Source: Candidatus Hadarchaeum sp.
GTDB taxonomy: Archaea > Hadarchaeota > Hadarchaeia > Hadarchaeales > Hadarchaeaceae
Direction of reading: 5' to 3'
Assembly (NCBI RefSeq): GCF_038871235.1
Contig: NZ_JAVZIN010000002.1
Span: 74,731-138,730 of the forward strand
Length of the DNA stretch: 64,000 nt
Part shown: positions 56,937 through 64,000 of the stretch, one piece after another
Position numbering within the stretch: the stretch's first letter is position 1
Layout of the letters: the number at the start of each line of letters is the position of its first letter
The notes under the pieces: generated by a model
The model's database searches: none
Told to the model about the DNA's origin: nothing
What the model saw: only the letters and a program-made list of their open reading frames with translations
Made by a program: the position numbers and the translations under genes

Positions 56937-57326
56937 TCAACCTTTTACTCTATCTATCTTTCTTCTTCCCAGCGCCTGCAGATACTCCACCTCAACGCCT
57001 TCCTTGACATCGCCGCGGAGGTTGATAGGTATGGGCAGCTCGAAGGTCTCGTAGGTGTTGAGGTCCATCAGCTGAGCGTTGTTCGAGACAATCGCCAGAA
57101 CCTGGGCGCTGCCCCTTTCGATTATCGGCACCTCGATTTTAGCGCTGGTCGGTTTCACGATGGTGCGCTTCTGTCCGTCAAAAAGCCCGATGGCATCAAT
57201 CTTGGCCTTGGCGTGGCCGTGCTTTCCCGGAGCCGAGGTGGAAAAGCCGACGATGCGGCAGGGCTCATCGTCAACGATGATGAAGCGGCCCTCCTTGAGC
57301 TTGCCGACTTCAGTGACCTCTTTCAT
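56937..57326 (-). CDS. eif5a: Translation factor aIF-5A
   Basis: SAPGKHGHAK hypusination motif. Confidence 0.97.
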   Translation of the reverse strand: MKEVTEVGKLKEGRFIIVDDEPCRIVGFSTSAPGKHGHAKAKIDAIGLFDGQKRTIVKPTSAKIEVPIIERGSAQVLAIVSNNAQLMDLNTYETFELPIPINLRGDVKEGVEVEYLQALGRRKIDRVKG

Positions 57327-57411
57327 TGTTATCCCGTAGAAATTCTCCTGACTTCCTTAAAAGCTTGGCGCAAGGTTTAATCTTCAAAGGAAGAATCGAA
57401 TCTGTGGAAAC

Positions 57412-58215
57412 TTGAGAATCGGAATCGTCGCCAGAACAGATGGCCACTCGGACCTTGAGATGGTAGCCAAGATCATCAGACACCTGAAGGGAGAGGAAGT
57501 TGTCCTTGAGCCAGCACTGGCGAAGAGGATCGGTAGAAGCCCAGGTAAAGCTCAAAGCTTCAACAGCTGTGATGCCATCGTGACGGTGGGTGGAGATGGT
57601 ACCGTGCTCCATGCCCAGAAGCTAGCGCCGGATGTGCCTATTCTGGGGATAAACTTGGGGAGGAGGGGATTTCTCGCCGAAGTTAACCCCAACGACGCGC
57701 TGAAGGCGCTGAGGATGCTCAGAGAGGGTAAGCTCCGCGTCGTAGAACGGTCGCGCCTAGCGGCAACCGTGAAGGGAAAATCACTGCCCGAGGCCCTGAA
57801 CGATGTCGTCATCGGCTCAAGCGTCGCCGGAAAGACCGCCAGCCTTGAGGTAATGATTGACGGCCAAGAGGCACTCGATTTCCGCTGCGATGGAATAATC
57901 GTTGCCACGCCAACCGGCAGTACAGCCTACACTCACGCTGCGGGTGGACCGGTGGTTGACCCAAGGTTGAAATCCATCGTGATCACACCCATTTGCCCGA
58001 CCCACCCCCGACAATGCTCCATCGTCATCCCTCCGGAGAGCCTAGTGCAGGTGGCGCCGACTAGACCCGGCCGAGATGCCCTAGTGATCGTTGACGGCGA
58101 CCCGGTGACCAAGGTGAGCCAAGGGGAAAAGGTGGAAGTGAGGCTCTCTCGAAATTGTGCCCGGTTCTTTGAGTGGGAGAGTTTTTATCGTAAGGTGAAG
58201 GAGAGGCTATTGTGA
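57412..58215 (+). CDS. nadK: NAD(+) kinase
   Basis: GGDGT, GINLG..GFL, ALND, DGIIVATPTGSTAY..AAGGP. Confidence 0.94.
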   Translation: MRIGIVARTDGHSDLEMVAKIIRHLKGEEVVLEPALAKRIGRSPGKAQSFNSCDAIVTVGGDGTVLHAQKLAPDVPILGINLGRRGFLAEVNPNDALKALRMLREGKLRVVERSRLAATVKGKSLPEALNDVVIGSSVAGKTASLEVMIDGQEALDFRCDGIIVATPTGSTAYTHAAGGPVVDPRLKSIVITPICPTHPRQCSIVIPPESLVQVAPTRPGRDALVIVDGDPVTKVSQGEKVEVRLSRNCARFFEWESFYRKVKERLL

Positions 58216-58700
58216 CGCGCAGCGTTCTGATTCTTGACACCTCCGCTGTCATCGCTGGTCTAGCCCCGGGGCTGCTTGAAGCTGAGCAGGTAACGGTGCC
58301 CGAGGTGCTAGAAGAGGCCCGCGACCTCTGCTCAAAGCTGAAGCTAGAGACCGCGGTGTTGATGGGCAAGGTCAGGGTTATGGAACCATCAAGGAAATCT
58401 CTAGAAAATGTGCGGGGCAAGGTGGAGCACAGCGGGGACACCGTTTCCGAAACCGATATAAAACTGCTCGCGCTGGCACTGGACCTCAGGGACAGAAGCG
58501 CGGAAATCGTTACCGACGACTATGCCATCCAGAACTTGGCCACCATGTTCCGCCTTCCCTACCGCCGCGTCGCCATGCCGGGGATAAAGGAGGTGCTGCG
58601 CTGGGAGGCCGTCTGTCCTGCCTGCGAGAGCAAGTTCCCGCCCACGGCAACGGTCTGTCTCATCTGCGGCTCAAAGTTGAAAAAGCAGGCGAGAAGGTAG
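58212..58700 (+). CDS. nob1: Nob1-like endoribonuclease (PIN + Zn ribbon)
   Basis: ILDTSA, SETD..LLALAL, TDDYAIQN, CPAC...CLICG. Confidence 0.92.
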   Translation: MTRSVLILDTSAVIAGLAPGLLEAEQVTVPEVLEEARDLCSKLKLETAVLMGKVRVMEPSRKSLENVRGKVEHSGDTVSETDIKLLALALDLRDRSAEIVTDDYAIQNLATMFRLPYRRVAMPGIKEVLRWEAVCPACESKFPPTATVCLICGSKLKKQARR

Positions 58701-58742
58701 CGTTTTAAAAAATGCGGAAGATATTGCAACGAAGGTGACGGG

Positions 58743-59450
58743 TTGGAGGTCTTCTCAATTTCCATCATTGGCGGCGGAAAGGAACAGCTGGCCTTTGAAA
58801 TTTTAAAAAAGAACGCCAAAGCCGTCACCGGTGTGGTTAAAAAGTTTGAGGATGTCATCACTGCCTACTTCTCCGACCTAGATTTCGACCGGGCTGAAAA
58901 GCTGGGCCGGGAGCTATCGAAGCTGGAAACTGCGGCTGACAAGGGAAAGAGGGAGTTCATGAAAGTGCTCAGCGGCGGCGCCTTTTTGCCCGCCTTTCGC
59001 GCCGACCTTGCCTGGCTGGCCGAACGCTTGGACACCGTCGCCGACACGGCCGAGGGAGCCATGCGTGTGCTCCTGCTGAGAAAACAGCTGATGGAAGCCT
59101 TGATCAGGAGCGAGAAGAAAAATAAGGACCTCAGGGAGTGGCGGCTCAGGTTCACCAAGATGGCCAGGATCACGACCCAGACGGTGCAAATTCTCGAGGA
59201 GGCCATCGGGGCGCTTTCGACCGACGTGGACGAGGCCACCAGAAAGGCCAACGATGTCGACCTTCTGGAACACGAGATCGACCTGATAGAGCACAGCCTG
59301 ATGAACGACCTCTACAACTTCGAGAAACTGCTTGATCCCGTCAGCATCATCCAGCTCGCCGACGTCATCCGCAGGTCGGCCAACGTGAGCGATCGGGCCG
59401 AGGACATGAGCGACACCGTAATCATACTCGGCTTCACGCTCACGGGCTGA
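58743..59450 (+). CDS. DUF47/PhoU-like phosphate transport regulator
   Basis: LE..AD...R, FLP..R.D, LEHEID, SDRAED. Confidence 0.88.
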   Translation: MEVFSISIIGGGKEQLAFEILKKNAKAVTGVVKKFEDVITAYFSDLDFDRAEKLGRELSKLETAADKGKREFMKVLSGGAFLPAFRADLAWLAERLDTVADTAEGAMRVLLLRKQLMEALIRSEKKNKDLREWRLRFTKMARITTQTVQILEEAIGALSTDVDEATRKANDVDLLEHEIDLIEHSLMNDLYNFEKLLDPVSIIQLADVIRRSANVSDRAEDMSDTVIILGFTLTG

Positions 59451-60440
59451 TTAAATCCCGAGCACCAAAACCACGACAAAGGAAAGAAGGCCGACCGCAG
59501 CCGGTGTGATCACCAAGGTCAACACGATTTTTCCCAGCCTTTGCCGGCTCACCGCGGTCGTACCCTTGAAAAGCCCGGCTCCGGCCACCCCACCGACAAT
59601 GGCCTCTGATGTCGACACCGGCATGCCGAACTGCACGAAGGACCAGACGGTGAGGGCGGCCCCCAACTGTGCGGCGAGGGCGGTGGTGGGTCCGATTTTA
59701 GCGATACCTGAACCTACCGTGGTCATTACCCTTCTACTGAAGGTCAGGGTCCCAACCGCCAGCGCCAGAGATCCGAAGAGGGCAATCAGCTGGGGCGAGC
59801 CACCGAAAAATGCGTAAACGACACCTAAGGAGGCCCCGACATCGTTGGCGCCAAGCACGTAAGCGCTGTAGGCCGAGGCAACCAAGACGAGGGCTTTCAG
59901 GACTGAGTTGAACAGCAGTAAATTTTTGATTCGACGCAGGCTCGCGGTGACAATCTGATAGATGAAGAACGACAGGAGGGCTGAAAAAACGGGGTTCAGC
60001 GCCCAAGAAATGATTATCGCCCAGATCCTGGAGGAGTGCAGGCCAAAGATGAGATCGGGATGGATGAAGTTCAGCGCCAAGCCCGCTCCGACCACGGCAC
60101 TGACCATAGAAAGGGAAACCGACATCGGGAAGCCAAAAAAGGTGGTGGCGAACATCCACGCGGCGGCGGCGATTAGGCTGGCCAGTGCCGCCCGAGGAAA
60201 CAGGAAAAAGGGATTTACTCCTGAAGAAGTTGGAAGGATAATCCCCTCGCCCACCGTCCTCATGTTTCTCCAGCCCTCAAGAACCGCACCCACAATGACA
60301 AAAACGATCACGATCAAGATCGCCCGACGGTATCCCAGAACTCCGCCACCGACCGAGACCCCGATGCAGTTGGCAGTGTTATTTGCGCCCACGTTCCAAG
60401 CCAGAAAAAAAGCAACGACCAGAACCATTATCTCGATCAA
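59451..60440 (-). CDS. Inorganic phosphate transporter, PiT family
   Basis: GANN.AN and GANDV signature repeats, G.PVSTS..IVG. Confidence 0.92.
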   Translation of the reverse strand: MIEIMVLVVAFFLAWNVGANNTANCIGVSVGGGVLGYRRAILIVIVFVIVGAVLEGWRNMRTVGEGIILPTSSGVNPFFLFPRAALASLIAAAAWMFATTFFGFPMSVSLSMVSAVVGAGLALNFIHPDLIFGLHSSRIWAIIISWALNPVFSALLSFFIYQIVTASLRRIKNLLLFNSVLKALVLVASAYSAYVLGANDVGASLGVVYAFFGGSPQLIALFGSLALAVGTLTFSRRVMTTVGSGIAKIGPTTALAAQLGAALTVWSFVQFGMPVSTSEAIVGGVAGAGLFKGTTAVSRQRLGKIVLTLVITPAAVGLLSFVVVLVLGI

Positions 60441-60482
60441 AGAGCTCGCCCAATCGAGTTATCTCCTGAGGTTAATAATTCC

Positions 60483-60977
60483 CTACAGTTCGACTATCCT
60501 CACGCGCAGCCGGTCCAGGTCAAGGACGGCCACGGTCTCCCTTCCCGTCAGGTAGCCGCAGACCTCGCCCGGGTTGACCACCAGTGGTTTCTTGCCAAAC
60601 ACCTTTGCTCGGTGGGTGTGGCCCCTGACCACAACATGGTACCTGCCGGACCTGATGACCGTCTCCACTATTTCCGGGTGGGTGCCATGAAGCAGGGCGA
60701 TCCTCCGGCCGCCCAAGCGCAACGAGGCAAAGTTCTGTGGCGGCGGCAGTCCTAGCTCATCGAATCTGGCGGCTATCGTCTCCCGGTCGCCATCGTTGTT
60801 TCCCCACACGTAATGTAGCCTTGCCCTCAGCTTCGAAAATTTGGGAACCACAAAAGGGGAGTTTAGGTCTCCGGCGTGGAGAACGTGGGTGACCTTGGCC
60901 TGGTTAAAAAACTCTATAGCCCGCTCGACCGCGTCCAGCTTGTCGTGAGTATCCGACATCAGGCCAATTACTGTCAA
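60483..60977 (-). CDS. Metallophosphoesterase (MJ0936/YfcE family)
   Basis: SDTHD, HAGD, GNND, HG, GHTH, NPGE. Confidence 0.92.
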   Translation of the reverse strand: MTVIGLMSDTHDKLDAVERAIEFFNQAKVTHVLHAGDLNSPFVVPKFSKLRARLHYVWGNNDGDRETIAARFDELGLPPPQNFASLRLGGRRIALLHGTHPEIVETVIRSGRYHVVVRGHTHRAKVFGKKPLVVNPGEVCGYLTGRETVAVLDLDRLRVRIVEL

Positions 60978-61006
60978 GGAACTCCGAGACTACTCAGCGA
61001 CTAAGT

Positions 61007-62173
61007 TTAAATCGCTTTAAGGAATTCCAGCACCACGGCCCCAGCTCTCTCGATGGTCTCAGCGTTGATGTGGTCGGGAAGGTCATCGTAGCTATGGAGA
61101 TGACGGTAGCCTCTAACCCTTGCGTTCGGCAGCCTAAAGAACCTCGCGAGCCTCTGGCCGAGCTTGTCTGCGCCTGCTGTGTCGAAGGTAAATGTGGTGG
61201 CCTGGATGCCAGCGCGAAGCAGCGGGATGTGGTCATGTCCAGCCAGAGCAGCCCACCAGAGCTTTGGTTTGAGGCCGAGATTGTGAATAACAGCAAGCAA
61301 CTTCTGATTTAAAGCCTCCGATGTCCTCGTTCTCCTGATGAGCCCATTGCCCTCGACCACATAGGGCTGGGTACTGGCTCCAACCATATCCAAGTTCAGA
61401 ACCATTGTGTCCTTCGGGAGCAAGTTTTCCCTGACGAGTTTCTTTGAGCCGATCAGCCCCTGCTCCTCGCCACCAAAGGCGATGAAGAATACTGTGGTTT
61501 CCGGGAGCGGTTGCTCAGCAATGACGCGGGCCGACTCAAGCATCACGGCCACCCCGGAAGCGTTGTCCTCGGCGCCCGGGGAGACACGTCGACTGCTGGC
61601 CGCTATGAAGCTAGCTCCACAGACGGGGAGAAAGAAAATCGCTGTCACTGCCCACACCACAGACCACTCGGGAACCCGACCCACCAGCCTCAACAGCAAT
61701 AAAGCCGTGACCAAGAAGATCAGCGGTAGAAAAGTGAACCTGACAAGGACGTTAAGTCTGAAGCTGATCGTGCAGGGAGCGGAATCATAGTGAGCTGTTA
61801 AGGCAGCCCGCTTCTTTGGCGCCTCGACCTCCTTGACCGCAATTATGTTTTGGCTGACGCGTTTGGGTAACAACCTACCTAAAGAGCGCCATAGCACAAT
61901 CGCGACTAGCCAGACTAGAAATGAAAACTCCGAAGATAAAAAAAAGGAGAGGACAAAAGCCGAGGTCAGCAGGACCGCCGCAACCTTAGCCCGGGCCGAG
62001 CGACTGACAAACTTGAACTCCTGCACTCTCACCTTGAGCCCGAAGCTCTCCAGCTGCTTGCGAATGTAATCGGCGGCCTGCCGGTCACCCCGGCTTCCCG
62101 CCAGACGGGGACCAATCTCGTAGGCGAGCTTGTCAATATGCTCAAAGGCCCGTCGCGATTCAAACTCAGCCAT
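61007..62173 (-). CDS. Membrane-embedded M28 family metallopeptidase
   Basis: GPRLAGS, AHYDS, GAEDNASG, GEEQGL.GS, NLDMVG, DH; four TM helices inserted. Confidence 0.88.
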   Translation of the reverse strand: MAEFESRRAFEHIDKLAYEIGPRLAGSRGDRQAADYIRKQLESFGLKVRVQEFKFVSRSARAKVAAVLLTSAFVLSFFLSSEFSFLVWLVAIVLWRSLGRLLPKRVSQNIIAVKEVEAPKKRAALTAHYDSAPCTISFRLNVLVRFTFLPLIFLVTALLLLRLVGRVPEWSVVWAVTAIFFLPVCGASFIAASSRRVSPGAEDNASGVAVMLESARVIAEQPLPETTVFFIAFGGEEQGLIGSKKLVRENLLPKDTMVLNLDMVGASTQPYVVEGNGLIRRTRTSEALNQKLLAVIHNLGLKPKLWWAALAGHDHIPLLRAGIQATTFTFDTAGADKLGQRLARFFRLPNARVRGYRHLHSYDDLPDHINAETIERAGAVVLEFLKAI

Positions 62174-62217
62174 ATTCCCCCGCATATTTAATTACCCCAT
62201 AACAAAAACTCTTTACT

Positions 62218-62338
62218 GCGGGGGTAGCCAAGCCAGGTCAACGGCGCCAGACGGGTGGACGCAACTCAAGATCTGGTTTGGTCAGGAGAGATCTGGTCTC
62301 TTAGGAGTTCGGGGGTTCAAATCCCCTCCCCCGCACCA
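62218..62338 (+). tRNA. tRNA-Leu(CAA) with two introns (~62251-62263 and ~62271-62290)
   Basis: Removing 13 nt and 20 nt gives a canonical 88-nt tRNA: GCGGGGG acceptor, CCAGA-CT CAA GA-TCTGG, variable arm, A73 and CCA. Confidence 0.88.
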
Positions 62339-62522
62339 TAGGGATCACGAATCTCCTTGGCATTTTTTGAGAAGCTTTGGGTCACAGCTTTGCTGAACTT
62401 TTAAAGAATCTAGGCATGAACTCTCAATATTGATATACCAAAAAATGATAGTCAATTCCAACGGTCATTTCTGCGTCTTATAAAAGGATTTACATACACA
62501 TATCGTGCGAAAAAGTGGAAAA

Positions 62523-63956
62523 ATGGTAAAAAGGACTAGCCTCATAGTAATGACAGTAATTACGATAATGATAGCGACAGCAGCAGTTTATTTTACAGTT
62601 CGCACAACTCGACCCAAAACTTCGCAGACTTCAACGCTCGCGCCACCAGTATATTCGCCATTATTCAACCTGAATGAAAGGCTTGGTCGCCACCCATATC
62701 CAAGGCTCTTCGTTCAACTACAGCATTATGCCCCGAGCGAAGAGATGATAAACGAGGCCGCCAATTGGGACTTATTGGTTTTAGATGCGGAGGTTATTCT
62801 CAATCGACCCGAATTTCTCGGGAGCAACGGGACAATCCTTCAGATTAACCCACACGCAGTGGTTCTGTCTTATTTTTCCTCCTCAGATGTACTTCCTGGG
62901 CATAGGGAGACCACGACTATAAATGGTATTTTTATTTCGGGTTTAGATGACGGCTGGTACATGAAAGACGTGAATGGATCGCGTTACTTGTTGCTTCAGC
63001 TCCCAGACGGCAATTGGTCTGAAATGTTAAACTTGACAACCGAAGTTAACTTCTACATGGCTGACTACCTAAACAAGGCCGTGATTTCAACTGGACTGAC
63101 GGACGGGATCTTCTATGATTGGGTCATGGAGAATATCTCATGGTTAAATTACAGAACCAATAATCCTAATGCTCCGCTCGATATAAACAACGATGGTTTA
63201 GCCGACTTAGACGATAAACTCAATTCCCTGTGGAAAAATGGAACAAAAACTTTGCTCAATAACAGCCGCAACATCTTTCCCTCCGGTACGTTGGTGGTGG
63301 GTAATGGCGGCACGATTTTTGATAACACGTATAAAAATGTGCTGAATGGACGAATGCTAGAGGGCTTCTTAGAAGGCGAGGCATGGGGGTTTGGCTGGCT
63401 GGAGGTGATGCGCGGACATTATCTCATGCATCTAGTTTCAGTTGAACCCAAAGTCTCTTTGATCATGGCTAATGGGCATCAAAACGATTTCAAGAAGATG
63501 CGGTTTGCCCTCGCCTCTACGTTAATGTTTGATGGATATTTCTGTTATACAAATTACGGGGCCTACCAAGCCACATGGTGGTACGATGAATATTCGGTGG
63601 ATATTTCGACAGGTGCAGCGGTAAAATCCTTAAAATATAAAGGCTATCTAGGTTCTCCTCTCTCGGAAGCTTATAATGTTGACGACAGAGACGAATTCTT
63701 AGGTATTTCTCTAATTAGCGGTGAAGCTGCCGTTGAAGAAAAAGTCTGGAGACGGGATTTCAAAAATGGGATTGTTTTGGTAAATCCTTCAAATTCTGAA
63801 AAAGTTGTTGAGCTAAATGGTGAGTATAAAAAAATCAAAGGAATCTACGACCCTTTTTTTAATGACGGTCGAATATTAAGCAGAATCGTCCTAGAACCTA
63901 AAAGTGGAGTGGTGCTTTTAAGAGCGTGGAATAATCAGACCCAGAAAAGTTTTTGA
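62523..63956 (+). CDS. Membrane-anchored putative glycoside hydrolase (GHL15-like TIM barrel)
   Basis: N-terminal TM, WDLLVLD, DGIFYD, NGRMLE.F, MRFALAS.LM.DG, WWYDEY, WRRDF.NG.VLVNP. Confidence 0.65.
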   Translation: MVKRTSLIVMTVITIMIATAAVYFTVRTTRPKTSQTSTLAPPVYSPLFNLNERLGRHPYPRLFVQLQHYAPSEEMINEAANWDLLVLDAEVILNRPEFLGSNGTILQINPHAVVLSYFSSSDVLPGHRETTTINGIFISGLDDGWYMKDVNGSRYLLLQLPDGNWSEMLNLTTEVNFYMADYLNKAVISTGLTDGIFYDWVMENISWLNYRTNNPNAPLDINNDGLADLDDKLNSLWKNGTKTLLNNSRNIFPSGTLVVGNGGTIFDNTYKNVLNGRMLEGFLEGEAWGFGWLEVMRGHYLMHLVSVEPKVSLIMANGHQNDFKKMRFALASTLMFDGYFCYTNYGAYQATWWYDEYSVDISTGAAVKSLKYKGYLGSPLSEAYNVDDRDEFLGISLISGEAAVEEKVWRRDFKNGIVLVNPSNSEKVVELNGEYKKIKGIYDPFFNDGRILSRIVLEPKSGVVLLRAWNNQTQKSF

Positions 63957-64000
63957 GAAATACAAAATTTCTCCTCGAAACAGGAGTTTAATTTTTGTGG

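Overview
Archaeal chromosomal core region. The lineage is Euryarchaeota-like: unsplit rpoB, split rpoA1/rpoA2, eL14/eL30/eL34 present, methanogen-type LeuA/CimA and strong GGAGGTG Shine-Dalgarno (SD) signals. Hadarchaeota or a related lineage is my inference, not a database result. Contents in order: trpEGDCFBA operon (trpA cut by the window edge) with TRP-box-like operators; divergent leuA/cimA; aIF-1A and rio1; str/RNA polymerase cluster lacking EF-2; tRNA-Lys; non-oxidative pentose phosphate genes; S13-S4-S11 lacking rpoD; intron-containing tRNA-Ser; the S10/spc ribosomal superoperon lacking adk; rtcB-archease; a P-type ATPase; tRNA-Ser; dim2-top6BA; a broken EVE-nuclease gene; panB; a short histone; aIF-5A; NAD kinase; nob1; phosphate transport genes; a two-intron tRNA-Leu; and a putative glycoside hydrolase. 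Several real genes are missing from the ORF track (trpA, uS14, aIF-1, an RHH protein, an eS32/eL41-like peptide and the histone). Most notable: (1) aIF-1/SUI1 has no ATG/GTG/TTG start and appears to begin at CUG beneath an out-of-frame AUG mini-ORF, a candidate archaeal start-codon-stringency autoregulation circuit; (2) SecY carries a ~45-aa insertion of three Ca2+-binding-type DxNxNG repeats just before the plug, and the adjacent Oxa1-family insertase carries a signal peptide plus an extra ectodomain; (3) a tRNA-Leu with two introns. All calls come from reading the sequence and recalled family motifs; no searches were run.
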